Shown piece after piece: positions 32,040 through 42,800 of a stretch of DNA of 64,000 bases. Within the stretch, counting starts at the first letter, position 1, and every line of letters begins with the position of its first letter. A program made the position numbers and the translations under genes. The DNA comes from Candidatus Hydrogenedentota bacterium (GTDB taxonomy: Bacteria; Hydrogenedentota; Hydrogenedentia; Hydrogenedentales; SLHB01). A model generated the notes under the pieces. It saw nothing but the letters and a program-made list of their open reading frames with translations. It made no database searches and was not told where the DNA came from. The stretch is from positions 123,774 through 187,773 of the forward strand of contig BTWA01000008.1 of assembly GCA_045863295.1 (NCBI GenBank), written 5' to 3'.

Positions 32040-34229
32040 ATGGTGGTCAAAACTGGTGTAGACGGGCGAATCGGAAAGTACCGTATCGTTCGCGAACTGG
32101 GCCACGGCGGCATGGGGGTCGTTTACCTGTCGCAAGACGAGGATCTGGGCCGGCCTGTCGCGATCAAAGTGCTGCACTCGTCGATGAGCCTTGATCCGGA
32201 CTTTCGCGGCCGCTTCCGTCAAGAGGCGCGGACGATCGCTTCTCTTGTCCATCCGCATATCGTACGTATTCATTCCTTTCTAGAAATCGACGATGTAATG
32301 GTAATCGAGAGCGAGTTCGTCGAGGGGGGGTCGTTAGCGGACGTAATGACGCAACGTGGCGTCACACCACATCAAGTGGCGCGGTTTGGCGTTGAGATGC
32401 TGGAAGCGTTGATATGTTGTCATGACTTGGGAATCGTTCATCGAGATGTGAAGCCGACTAATATATTGCTCGATAGGTACGGCAGGGCCTTGCTTGCGGA
32501 TTTCGGCCTTGCAAAGATCTATTTCGATCACTTGGCGCAAGCCAACAAGAGTTCAAGCACGAGTCGACTTTTTCTTGGAACACCCCGTTATGCGGCTCCC
32601 GAAGCCTGGGACGGTACGGAACCTTCTCCGTTGTGGGATTTGTATTCCCTGGGCATGGTTATGTACGAGGCAATCTCGGGACACTGTCCTTACGATGCTT
32701 CATCGCCGTTCGCCTTATTGAAGCAAATCATGGAGCGCAAGCCGGACCCGCTGCGGGAGGTGGCGCCACACGTATCGGTCGAACTGGGCGACTTGGTCGA
32801 TTCCATGGTATCGCGAGATCCGGCAAACAGGCCACAAACCGCTAGAGCGGCGCTTGAGACTTTGCGAAACACTCAAGAATATGGATCCGCACCCACGTCA
32901 AGTTCACCGACGATTGTCCAGCCGAGGCCGCTCCGGCCGAGCACCATCGTGACGGCCGCGCACCGCGTGAGCGCAGCCTGGAAGCGGAATGCAACAGTGA
33001 TTAGTGTGCTGTTGTTCGCTGCGCTTTGCCTGGCTGTTTCCATTCAGTTACGGTTGAAACCAGGAATGGATATGGGAGCCGACAAGCTGCCGCCTCCCGA
33101 CTATCAGATCGATCTCGTACGAACAGGCATTCCAGAAGAAGAAAGCATTAACGCGTTTGCGCTTGGGCCGGCCTCTCAGTGGTTGGTCTTGGATTCGCTC
33201 GACCACGAGACATTGGCCGCGCGATCCGGAAATTGGCTATTTAAGTTCGAGCCAGGGGGCAAACTTACCGCGGTTGTAATGGCAGACGAAGAATCGCTGT
33301 GCCGCCTTGAGGCATCTGAAGATACCGATCAAGCCGTCAAATTAGACGGCTTCTGGGCCGATTATCAGGGTCTTGCGGGGGCCGTGTACCGGCATGGGAC
33401 GGCTTCCGGTACCGGCCGCTGGAACGGGGATAGAACGTCATTCACCGCTCGGCTGGAATTCACCAACGAGCAAGATAACTCGAGGTGGGAAGAAGTATTG
33501 ACCGGAACTGTCTCGCCAACTTGGACTGATACGGCGTTTCTGCTCCGCATGGAGGAACAACCCAATACCCACGCCTTGATCTACAATGAACTTGTGCCAA
33601 GGGGCAAGGAGTGGGCCGAACATCTGGAGCAATTGTTGCCCGCGATGTCCGGTATGCGCACTCAGGTTGCGATCTCGGCGGCAAACAGGCCTGACTTTCA
33701 TCCAAACGGCATGTTGGACGAAGTGTATTGGAATATGGAATCTCGAGCCCGCGACGGAGGAGTGCTTGCCGGTTATCCAATGAATGGCGCGTCGCACTTG
33801 ATATTGCGATTTGGCAATGACGGTGTCTATATTGCCGCCTATTGCCGCACAGGCGAAGGCGTGAAGTCTGAGTTTGAATGCCAGTTGACTGCGCGATATC
33901 GAGTATTCATGGATCGCCAGCCGCGCGTGACGTTATTTCACAACTCCGACGGCGAGTCCCTGGTGGAACTGATGCCCGAGGGAGGACCTGTGGGAGACTC
34001 AGAATCCTGGGCACTTGGCGATGCCTATCATGACGGAGTCTGGACGGTCGAAGGATTCGTCGCCTACTCTATACTTGGGCTGACCGGGCCGCCCGAATCC
34101 GGCCATCGTATTCGGACGAATGCCGTTATTCGCGCAGGCAAGGCATCGGACATTAAGGTGCCTGTGGCGCTTTGGGGTTACCCCGCGGTCGACCGCATAG
34201 AGCATGGCGCTATTATCGTCGTCCAATAA
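32040..34229 (+). CDS. Membrane Ser/Thr protein kinase (PknB-like kinase, TM, extracytoplasmic sensor region)
   Basis: LGHGGMGVVY, VAIK, HRDVKPTN, DFGLAK, GTPRYAAPE, DLYSLG; TM VISVLLFAALCLAVSI. Confidence 0.92.
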   Translation: MVVKTGVDGRIGKYRIVRELGHGGMGVVYLSQDEDLGRPVAIKVLHSSMSLDPDFRGRFRQEARTIASLVHPHIVRIHSFLEIDDVMVIESEFVEGGSLADVMTQRGVTPHQVARFGVEMLEALICCHDLGIVHRDVKPTNILLDRYGRALLADFGLAKIYFDHLAQANKSSSTSRLFLGTPRYAAPEAWDGTEPSPLWDLYSLGMVMYEAISGHCPYDASSPFALLKQIMERKPDPLREVAPHVSVELGDLVDSMVSRDPANRPQTARAALETLRNTQEYGSAPTSSSPTIVQPRPLRPSTIVTAAHRVSAAWKRNATVISVLLFAALCLAVSIQLRLKPGMDMGADKLPPPDYQIDLVRTGIPEEESINAFALGPASQWLVLDSLDHETLAARSGNWLFKFEPGGKLTAVVMADEESLCRLEASEDTDQAVKLDGFWADYQGLAGAVYRHGTASGTGRWNGDRTSFTARLEFTNEQDNSRWEEVLTGTVSPTWTDTAFLLRMEEQPNTHALIYNELVPRGKEWAEHLEQLLPAMSGMRTQVAISAANRPDFHPNGMLDEVYWNMESRARDGGVLAGYPMNGASHLILRFGNDGVYIAAYCRTGEGVKSEFECQLTARYRVFMDRQPRVTLFHNSDGESLVELMPEGGPVGDSESWALGDAYHDGVWTVEGFVAYSILGLTGPPESGHRIRTNAVIRAGKASDIKVPVALWGYPAVDRIEHGAIIVVQ

Positions 34230-34243
34230 GGACAACGGGGAGA

Positions 34244-36070
34244 GTGGCGTTGTACCAACTCACCGCACTAGCGGGCTTGACAAAAGGTGCGTCGTGGCAA
34301 ATCACGGCCAAGCCCCTCGTCATTGGCAGAGACAACACGTGTGACATTTCGCTAGCGGATCCTTTGGTATCACGCCGGCATTGCGAACTCTCACTGGTCG
34401 GCGATTCGCCTTTCCTGCGGGATCTCAATAGCAGCAATACAACGCTGGTCAATGGTACGCCGACCAAAAGCGGCCTGCTTACTCTTGGCGATCAAATATG
34501 CATAGGCAAAGTCGTCTTTCTTGTAACGCAGCCGAACACTGTCCATTCGGCTGTTCCTGGACAGTTGGTCGAAGAGCAGACACAGACGCTTTCAGAGGCG
34601 GACGTTGTTTACTTTGGAGATTCTAGCCGTCTTCGCCAGGTGCAAGGACCGCATACCATTGAGGATATGGTACTGCTGATCCGGCTTAACCGGACATTTA
34701 GTGAATGCGACTCCGTTCCCTGCCTGATCCGGATGTTGGATCAATCGCTGAGAGAGCGTTTTTCCCCGCAACTATGCTGGATCATGACGCAAGAGGGCAG
34801 TTCTGGCGTGCGCACGCTTCATCCGACGCACACGTATTCGAATCAAAGTGAGAGTATTCCTGAGCATTTGATTGAACTTGTAATGCAGAGCCGTCAGGGA
34901 TTGTTGGCTCCAAAGCGAATTCATCGCAAAAACGCAGTCGCATATCAGTTTTTCCTCGCCTCCCCCATCATCTGGCAGGATCAGATCACCGGCATAATCG
35001 TATTGATGTCGGATTCCCTTCATCGCATATATGACGAATCGGATTTGGAATTTCTCGTTGGCGTTACTCGAAGCATCGCCCCGGTCTTTCGTGCGCTCGA
35101 AAAGCGGGAAGAGTTGATGCGTGAAAACGAACGGCTTCAGGTGTCGCTTCATCATTCACTGGCGATCATTGGCAAGAGCAGCGCGCTCACCTCTGTTCGC
35201 ACGCTGGCTTCGAAAGTCGCGCCTACGAACCAACCTGTTCTCATCGTTGGCGAGACCGGCACGGGCAAAGAACTGCTTGCACACATGATCCACAACTTGT
35301 CGCCCCGGTATGATCGGGCGTTTGCCGTCGTGAATTGCGCAGCCATTCCGCGCGATTTGTTTGAAAGCCAATTCTTTGGACACGAGAAGGGATCGTTCAC
35401 TGGTGCCGGGGCGCGCCACATAGGACTACTGGAGGAAAGCGATCAAGGCACCCTGTTTCTGGACGAAGTGGGCGACTTAAGTCTCGACAATCAGGCGAGA
35501 ATCCTTCGCGCAGTGGAGACCGGGGTCTTTCGGCGGGTCGGCGGGAAGGAAGATATCCAATGCGACTTCCGGTTGATATCCGCGACCAACAAGAATCTTG
35601 ACGAAGCGACAAGAACTGGGTCGTTTCGCCCTGACTTGTACCATCGGTTGCGCGGCATCGAAATCAAGATACCGCCGTTGCGGGAACGCGCAGGGGATGT
35701 GCCGTTGCTTGTAGAACATTTTCTTGAGGAAGCGCGTGCGCGATTTTGCGGTGGGATCCAAGGCTTCTCCCGCGAATCAATGGAGAACCTGTGCAGCCGC
35801 GAGTGGCGTGGCAACGTGCGCGAACTTAAACAGACCGTCTTTTCGGCTGCCATTCTGGCCGATGGCCCGTTGATTGAAGTCGAACACCTGAATGTTTCCG
35901 ACAAGTGGACGGCCGACGACACGGTCCCATTAACCTTGGACGAAGCGGAAAAGCTGCACATTTCGCGCGTACTGGAAGTATGCAAGGGAAACGTCGTCGA
36001 GGCGGCCAATCTTTTGAAAGTGAGCCGGACAACCCTTTACTCGAAGATGGACAAATATGGGTTGCGTTAA
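34244..36070 (+). CDS. sigma54-dependent activator (bEBP) with FHA, GAF, AAA+ and Fis-type HTH domains
   Basis: FHA IGRD..DPLVSRRH..DLNSSNTT.VNG; GETGTGKEL, NCAA, FGHEKGSFTGA, GTLFLDEV, FRPDLYHRL, WRGNVREL; HTH AANLLKVSRTTLYSKM. Confidence 0.93.
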   Translation: MALYQLTALAGLTKGASWQITAKPLVIGRDNTCDISLADPLVSRRHCELSLVGDSPFLRDLNSSNTTLVNGTPTKSGLLTLGDQICIGKVVFLVTQPNTVHSAVPGQLVEEQTQTLSEADVVYFGDSSRLRQVQGPHTIEDMVLLIRLNRTFSECDSVPCLIRMLDQSLRERFSPQLCWIMTQEGSSGVRTLHPTHTYSNQSESIPEHLIELVMQSRQGLLAPKRIHRKNAVAYQFFLASPIIWQDQITGIIVLMSDSLHRIYDESDLEFLVGVTRSIAPVFRALEKREELMRENERLQVSLHHSLAIIGKSSALTSVRTLASKVAPTNQPVLIVGETGTGKELLAHMIHNLSPRYDRAFAVVNCAAIPRDLFESQFFGHEKGSFTGAGARHIGLLEESDQGTLFLDEVGDLSLDNQARILRAVETGVFRRVGGKEDIQCDFRLISATNKNLDEATRTGSFRPDLYHRLRGIEIKIPPLRERAGDVPLLVEHFLEEARARFCGGIQGFSRESMENLCSREWRGNVRELKQTVFSAAILADGPLIEVEHLNVSDKWTADDTVPLTLDEAEKLHISRVLEVCKGNVVEAANLLKVSRTTLYSKMDKYGLR

Positions 36071-36174
36071 CGCCCGAGTGTCGTGGCAGATGGCTTGTTC
36101 GCGCACCGGCCGGATGACTAAGTCGTAGTCTTGTCGCGCCTGTGCAAAGGAATCGCGGGAATTGAGGTGAATGC

Positions 36175-38355
36175 ATGCTCTTTCTGGAATGGCGTTCGGT
36201 CTACTCCGTTTCTGGTGCAATCCTTTTTCTGGGTTCCGCGCTCTGTTTCCAGCCCACAATAGCCCTTGCGCAAACGATACCGCCTGAATGGCAGAATCTT
36301 CATTCCGAGCCCATGGGCCTGAAGCATTGCGGTGACTTTGTCTACTTCAGCGCGGACGACGGAGTCCACGGCCGTGAACCATGGCGCACCGATGGGACGC
36401 CGGAGGGAACGGTGATGATCGCCGATCTGCAATTGGGAAGTGAGGGTTCCAACCCCGAGAATTTCGTCGAAGCTGGCCGTTGGACGGTTTTTCTGGCCAC
36501 CCGCGATTCGGCCCCCCTACTCTGGGTAACAGACGGGACGCCTGGAAACATATACACTGTGGAAGGCGAACCAGGCAGGGCAATTTGGTGTGAGCATGTG
36601 ATTGGCGCTCCATTTGGAGTCCTGGGCCATGAAGTGTACTTTCCCTCCCGAAATAACTCTGTTCAGATGTCAATGTGGATATTCGATTTGAATTCCAGGT
36701 CTCTTCGCAGATTTGAGAAGCCTTCCTTTCTACCAACCCAACTCGACTATCCAAAATACTTTGAATCGGCCGAAGATCGTATCTATTACGTATGGGGCCG
36801 CAATGACTACCACGAAGGCCAACTCTTCACGCTGAATTCCGGTGGTGACCAAGTTTTGCTGACGTCGTCACTCGGGCCTAACGTTCGGTGCGTGTTGACG
36901 TGCGTGGGAGATCGTCTCTATTTCGCGGCAAGCACCCCTGAAACTGGCATCGAAGTCTGGACTTGCGACGGAACGCCTTCGTCGACCCGTATCCTTCAGG
37001 ATATTAATCCCGGACCCGGCGAAGCGCTTAGCGTCGTTCACCCCTACGGCGCAGCCTTGGGAGATTTACTTGTATTCAGAGCGAACGACGGCATTCATGG
37101 AGACGAAATATGGGTGACCAACGGCACAAGCTCGGGGACGTTTATGCTTCGCGATGTGAACCCAGGATCTGGGTCTTCCAATTGCGGCATGCTGACGACC
37201 GTTGGAAGACTCTGTTATTTTCAGGCCAACGATGGCATTTCGGGCGCGGAGTTATGGACGACCGACGGTACGCCGGAGGGTACGCGGCTGGTGAAAGATG
37301 TTTTCCCTGGGCCGCGCGGCAGCAATCCGTTCGGGTTGCTGGGTATTGGCGACAAACTATACTTTTCCGCGGAGGATCATCTTCGAGGAGGCGAGCTGTG
37401 GCAAAGCGACGGTACCGCTGACGGAACCATGCCGGTGATCGATCTGGCGCCTGGAATTCAAGGAGGCTGGGCCAAACACAAGGCAGTGCTCAACGGCAAG
37501 ATCCTTTTTGGGGCGGGCAATCCTTCTTATGGAGTCGAACTATGGTCCAGCGATGGCACAAGCCAGGGAACAACGATACTGAAGGACATTTGGCCCGTTC
37601 GCGGCCCAAACCCATCTTCCAACCCAGACAAACTTATATCAGTCGGGAATCGGCTCTTCTTTGTCGTTAACGATGCAACTCATGGTGCGGAACTTTGGCA
37701 GAGCGATGGAACCCACGAAGGCACGGGGCTGGTAAAGGACATCTTTCCTGGAGCTACAAGTTCCAGCCCGTCGCACTTCTGCGCATTTGAAGGACTACTC
37801 TACTTCCAAGCGGATGACGGTTCCCATGGAAGCGAATTGTGGTGCAGCGATGGCACCGACAAGGGCACACGTCTGTGCGTGGACTTACGTGAAGGCAGGG
37901 ATTCCGCCAATCCGCATTCCATTACCTCCGTTGGCGAACGACTTGCCTTTGTGGCGAATGATGGAGTCAGCGGATATGAGTTGTATCGATATCCCCCGGT
38001 AAACCTGTTCGATCGGCTACTGGTCAAGGACATTCGCGCCGGTAACGACGGATCCAACCCGAAGAATCTCACGGTTCATCAGGGTAAGCTGTATTTTGTC
38101 GCGGATGACGGTATTCATGGTCAGGAACTTTGGGTCAGCAATCTTGAACCGAGCGGAACCCATATCGTGCGAGACTTACTCCCACGGCCAAAAATGCAGA
38201 GCCAAGCGCAAGCGAGTACCATTCACTTAGACTCAGGATCCGCGGTTTTGAATAATTCTTTGTTTCTACTGGGAGACCAAGACGGTGCCCTGCCCGTGAT
38301 CCTATCCCTCAAATCAAATGTCATGGAGACGTATACGGTCGGCGAAAATGAGTAA
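36175..38355 (+). CDS. ELWxxDGT-repeat (beta-propeller) exported protein
   Basis: Signal peptide; about 10 repeats of F.A.DG.HG.ELW.SDGT..GT..V.DI.PG..SS.P. Confidence 0.9.
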   Translation: MLFLEWRSVYSVSGAILFLGSALCFQPTIALAQTIPPEWQNLHSEPMGLKHCGDFVYFSADDGVHGREPWRTDGTPEGTVMIADLQLGSEGSNPENFVEAGRWTVFLATRDSAPLLWVTDGTPGNIYTVEGEPGRAIWCEHVIGAPFGVLGHEVYFPSRNNSVQMSMWIFDLNSRSLRRFEKPSFLPTQLDYPKYFESAEDRIYYVWGRNDYHEGQLFTLNSGGDQVLLTSSLGPNVRCVLTCVGDRLYFAASTPETGIEVWTCDGTPSSTRILQDINPGPGEALSVVHPYGAALGDLLVFRANDGIHGDEIWVTNGTSSGTFMLRDVNPGSGSSNCGMLTTVGRLCYFQANDGISGAELWTTDGTPEGTRLVKDVFPGPRGSNPFGLLGIGDKLYFSAEDHLRGGELWQSDGTADGTMPVIDLAPGIQGGWAKHKAVLNGKILFGAGNPSYGVELWSSDGTSQGTTILKDIWPVRGPNPSSNPDKLISVGNRLFFVVNDATHGAELWQSDGTHEGTGLVKDIFPGATSSSPSHFCAFEGLLYFQADDGSHGSELWCSDGTDKGTRLCVDLREGRDSANPHSITSVGERLAFVANDGVSGYELYRYPPVNLFDRLLVKDIRAGNDGSNPKNLTVHQGKLYFVADDGIHGQELWVSNLEPSGTHIVRDLLPRPKMQSQAQASTIHLDSGSAVLNNSLFLLGDQDGALPVILSLKSNVMETYTVGENE

Positions 38356-38438
38356 GACGCGGCCGAAAGGCGCCTCACCGATGCTTAGACGCACTCGGCC
38401 CGCAAAGGCGAAGTCTCATACGAGAATGAAACCCGGCT

Positions 38439-38822
38439 TCAAAACCCCAGGCCCATGGCATCGAGTATTCGCGAGGCCAGCAACTCCGAAGTAAACGGTT
38501 TGACAACATAGTTGGCCGCGCCCATCTTTACCGCGCGCACGATATTGTGTTTCTCGCCTTCGGTAGTGACCATCACCACCGGTATTTGCCTGAAACGTTC
38601 GTCGTTTTGAATAGCCTCTAGAGTCTGAAAGCCGTCCATTACTGGCATGTTCACATCCAACAAGATGAGTTGAATCTGCTCATAGGCATCCTGGAGCAGA
38701 TCTAGTGCTTCTCTGCCATTGGCCGCTTCCATCAACTCATAGCCGAGAGCCTCGACGGTGCCTCCCACTATCTGTCGCATCACCGCGGAATCGTCAACAC
38801 AAGTTTGGGGATTTGATGTCAA
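38439..38822 (-). CDS. CheY-like single-domain response regulator (N-terminus atypical)
   Basis: VDDSAVMR, LLDVNMPVMDG, MVTT, YVVKPF; first beta-strand reads PQTCVDD after a TTG start. Confidence 0.75.
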   Translation of the reverse strand: MTSNPQTCVDDSAVMRQIVGGTVEALGYELMEAANGREALDLLQDAYEQIQLILLDVNMPVMDGFQTLEAIQNDERFRQIPVVMVTTEGEKHNIVRAVKMGAANYVVKPFTSELLASRILDAMGLGF

Positions 38823-38988
38823 TTCACAGGGCGAATTGGTATCATGGGAACCTACTAGTATTTGTCATGCATTTGGTAATCGGCTGTACCCACCCATTGT
38901 TGGGCGGGTTTTTCATTTAGACGCGAGATTCGGACACGACCATCGCCTGCCGCGTGGTTGCGCCGGGAATTCCAAATGGGAGGTAACT

Positions 38989-39465
38989 ATGTCGGCGGAG
39001 TATGTGGTCCCGTTTCTGGCCAGCGCCAGGGAAGTGTTTCGGACGATGATTGCGACGGAGATTTCAAACGGTGAACCCCGGCTGGAATCGACCGTCGAAG
39101 GATCCAATGTCATTCTGGCAATTATCGGCATGAGCGGAGAACTTCGCGGCGCTGTTGCTGTCGCGTTTCCATACACGACTGCAATCAATATCGCCAATCA
39201 AGTCCTGGGTACCACCAAGACTGACGTAGACGCGGATGTGGTGGATGCGGTAGCCGAAGTGACCAACATGATCGCGGGCGGCGCAAAGGCCCAGTTGTCA
39301 CGCGTGGACGGCCCTCCAGTTCAGTTGGGGTTGCCGGTGGTAATTCGCGATACGCATGCGAGCCTGGACAATCTCTCGCGGTCGAAATGGGTCGTTATGC
39401 CATTCTCGAGTGGAATGGGTGAATTCACAGTACATGTAAGTTTTGAAAACCGGATTTCGAAGTAG
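38989..39465 (+). CDS. cheX: CheX-family phosphatase
   Basis: ATG after GGAGG; AIIGMSGELRG; DAVAEVTNMIAG (ExxN motif); LGLPVVI. Confidence 0.88.
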   Translation: MSAEYVVPFLASAREVFRTMIATEISNGEPRLESTVEGSNVILAIIGMSGELRGAVAVAFPYTTAINIANQVLGTTKTDVDADVVDAVAEVTNMIAGGAKAQLSRVDGPPVQLGLPVVIRDTHASLDNLSRSKWVVMPFSSGMGEFTVHVSFENRISK

Positions 39466-39502
39466 CTGAATTCCGTTTGCGAAGCAGTCAAGGGGGAAGA
39501 AA

Positions 39503-39862
39503 ATGCGTGCATTGGTAGTAGATGATTCGGCGGTCATGCGCAAAGTTTTAATCGGAGCATTGAGCCGAGCGGGAATTTCCGAAGTAGATCAAGCGGGGAA
39601 TGGTCGAGAAGCCGTGGATGCCGTGGGCAAAGGCGCGTATGACATTATTTTGATGGACTGGAACATGCCCGAAATGCCGGGTATCGATGCGGTCAAAGCT
39701 ATTCGCACGTCCGGGGTGAGCACCCCCATTGTAATGGTTACAACCGAAGCCGAAAAAGGCCGCGTCGTTGAGGCGATCCGATCCGGCGCGCAGAATTATG
39801 TAATTAAGCCGTTCGATCCAGAAACTATCGTGGGCAAGATCCGGGATGTTTTGGGAAAGTAA
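39503..39862 (+). CDS. CheY-like response regulator
   Basis: ALVVDDSAVMR, LMDWNMPEMPG, MVTTEA, YVIKPF. Confidence 0.9.
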   Translation: MRALVVDDSAVMRKVLIGALSRAGISEVDQAGNGREAVDAVGKGAYDIILMDWNMPEMPGIDAVKAIRTSGVSTPIVMVTTEAEKGRVVEAIRSGAQNYVIKPFDPETIVGKIRDVLGK

Positions 39863-39870
39863 CCCAACGA

Positions 39871-42800
39871 TTACGCCTCATGGTTAGACGCTAGGTTAAG
39901 GCGGGTAGTCTCCGCCCGGACGCGGTCACCCCTCGTAGCGACGAAGTAGAGCACTGGCAGGATAAAGAGCGTAAGTACCGTACAACTGACGACGCCGCCG
40001 ATTACGACCGTGGCCAGGGGCCGCTGCACTTCAGCACCGACACCTGTGGATAATGCCATGGGCAGAAATCCCAGGGCGTCGGTTATCGAAGTGGCCAACA
40101 CCGGGCGCAACCGTTGTTTGGCGCCTTCGATCGCGGCGTCACGCAGGTCCAACCCCTGACTTCGATAAGACCGTATGGCCGCGATCATAACCTGGCCATC
40201 CAGAACCGCGATTCCAGTCAGCGCGATAAAACCGATCGCGGCACTGACGCTGAATGGAATTCCGCGCGCATACAAACAGAGCACACCTCCAACTGCAGCA
40301 AATGGAATGCCGCTGTATACGATGAGCACATCTTTCAGGTTATTAAGACTCACATACAGGAGAAGAAACACGAGGATAAGCGCGGCCGGCACCACGGTCA
40401 TCAGCCGTCTTTGGGCCTGGCTCAAGTGCTCAAACTGGCCGCCCCAATTGATCAGGTACCCTTCAGGAAGTTCAATTTCGCGGTCGATTCGCTCCTGAGC
40501 TTCGGCCACATACGAAAGCACATCGCGATCACGCACATTGGTCTGAACACGAATTAGCCGTCGCCCCCATTCCCTGTTAATATTGGCAATCCCTTCGGTC
40601 TCGGTTACTTGAGCCACTTCGTGCAACGGCAGGGCCATACCGCCGCCCGCCGGCACCAACGTCTGCTCAAGTGACGTGCGGCTTCGCCGAAGTTCCTCGG
40701 GGAGGGTAACCGCGAGTGGAAATTTCCTCTGGCCTTCGACTACCTCGCCCACCTGTTTCGCACCCAATGCCTCAACAAATGACAGAACGGTCTCGTTTTC
40801 AATCCCAAGCCGAGACGTTGCGGCCTTATTCACGGTTACCTGGAGGGTCGGCTGGCCGGAAATCTGATCCACTGAGATATCGGCCGACCCGTTTATTCCG
40901 GTGAGGATTTGTTGTACTTGGTTGCCAAGTCTTGTCAATTCATCGAAGTTGTCGCCAATGATCTTTATTCCGATATCTGACCGGATGCCGGCCGACAGTT
41001 CGTTCATCCGCAATTCGATGGGTTGGGAGAAAACCACGTTCTGACCCGGCAGATCCCGCAACACGGTTTCGATTGCCGATACGAGTTCCGTTTGATTCGA
41101 TGCCTTTTTCCAGTCGTCGCGGGGACGCAGCGTGACAAACATATCGGTCAGTTCGATCCCCATGGGGTCCGTTGCCACCTCAGCCGTTCCAATGCGAGCC
41201 CAGACCCGGTCGATCTCGTCTGGAAACGCTTCGAGTAACAGACGTTCCATGCGCGTGTTGTAGGCGATCGACTCCTCGAGCGCGATGCCCGGAAGCCGGA
41301 TCACATTCATCACCAGCGCCCCTTCGCTGAGCTTTGGCAGGAATTCGCCCCCAAGGCGCTGTGCGACCGCTATGGTCAACGCGATCAACACGATGACCGC
41401 GCCAAGCGCTACACCGCGTATTGAGAATGTACCGCTGAGCAACGCGGCATAAAGACGTGTGAAGAAGGCCATAATCCGTCCGTCTTGCTGACCCCGCGCA
41501 TTCCCCAAGGCGAAAAACGCGAATATGGGAGACAGGAATAGCGCCAGCACCAATGCGCCGATCAACGCGAGAATAAACGTGTAGGCCATAGGCCGGAACA
41601 TCTTTCCCTCGGCGCCTTCCAATGTGAGAATGGGCAGGAAGACTATCAGTATAATCCCCATGCCGAACAAGATGGGACGAAATACCTGGCCAGCCGATCC
41701 GGCTATGGCGTCAATACGCTCATCCACCGACAGCGTACGCCCAAGCGAGAGCCGCTGCTCCCTTAAGGCACGGAGGTTTGCGTCTGTCATGATGACTGAC
41801 CCATCGACCAGAATTCCGAAGTCAATTGCGCCAAGACTAAGCAGACTGGCGGCGATCGCTGTATTGTACATTCCATATATGGCGAACAACATCGACATTG
41901 GAATCGTAATAGCGACGGCCAAGCCTGCACGCAGACTTCCCATCAGAAAAAACAGAACCAACACGACGAGTATGGCGCCGGACACCAAATTGTGCCGTAC
42001 CGTGCCGATGACATGTCCAATCAGTTCGGTTCGGTCATAGACAATGTCGACTTGTATATCGCCGGGCAACGCGCCACTCGCGCGATGGAGCGCCTCGCGC
42101 AACCCTTTGGCGACTTCAGCGCTGTTTGCTCCCAACAGCATATAGCCCAGGCCCATCACCACTTCGCCACGGCCTTGTGCCGTCACCGCGCCGTGACGAA
42201 TGGCGCTGCCAATAACCACGTCGGCCACATCGTGAATGTGAATGGGAACGCCGTCATTCGTCTGAATGACAATGCTTTGAATATCCTCCACTCCGGCCAC
42301 GCGGCCAATGCCGTGGATTAGGGAGGCTTGACCGCTTTCGACCAACATGCCCCCACCCACGTTTTGGTTACTTCGCTCCAGTGCCTCGACCACATTCGTC
42401 AATGCAAGTCCATATTCGACGAGCTTTGCAGGCTGCACGACCACATGGTATTGGCGCTCATGGCCGCCCCAAGCGTTGATCTCCGCAACTCCCGGAACCT
42501 TGATAAGCTCGGGTTTCAATACCCAATCGTGCAACGTCCGGATTTCTTCTATCGTGCGGCCCTGGTCCTCTGAACTTAGTGTGTATACGAAAATCTCTCC
42601 CAGCCCGGTCGAGATAGGTCCGAGACTCGGCGGCTCAATGCCCTCGGGCAATTCCACGGTACCAAGCCTCTCCAGGATGAATTGCCGAGCATCGTAAATA
42701 TCGGTGTCATCCGTAAATACAGCCACCACCTGCGACAAGCCGAATTTGGATACGGAGCGAACTTCCACAAGGCCGGGCAAGCCACCGAGGGAAAGCTCTA

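Noticed and set aside
36084..36099. sigma54-like TGGCAGA-TGGC-TTGTT before the ELWxxDGT gene
   Set aside because: Lacks the conserved -12 GC and I saw no matching enhancer; the gene may simply be co-transcribed.
38758..38988. N-terminal extensions in the ORF track for cheX (also gmd, TolC, porin, bEBP)
   Set aside because: Downstream starts have clear RBSs and match the family N-termini; the extensions overlap neighbours or look non-coding.
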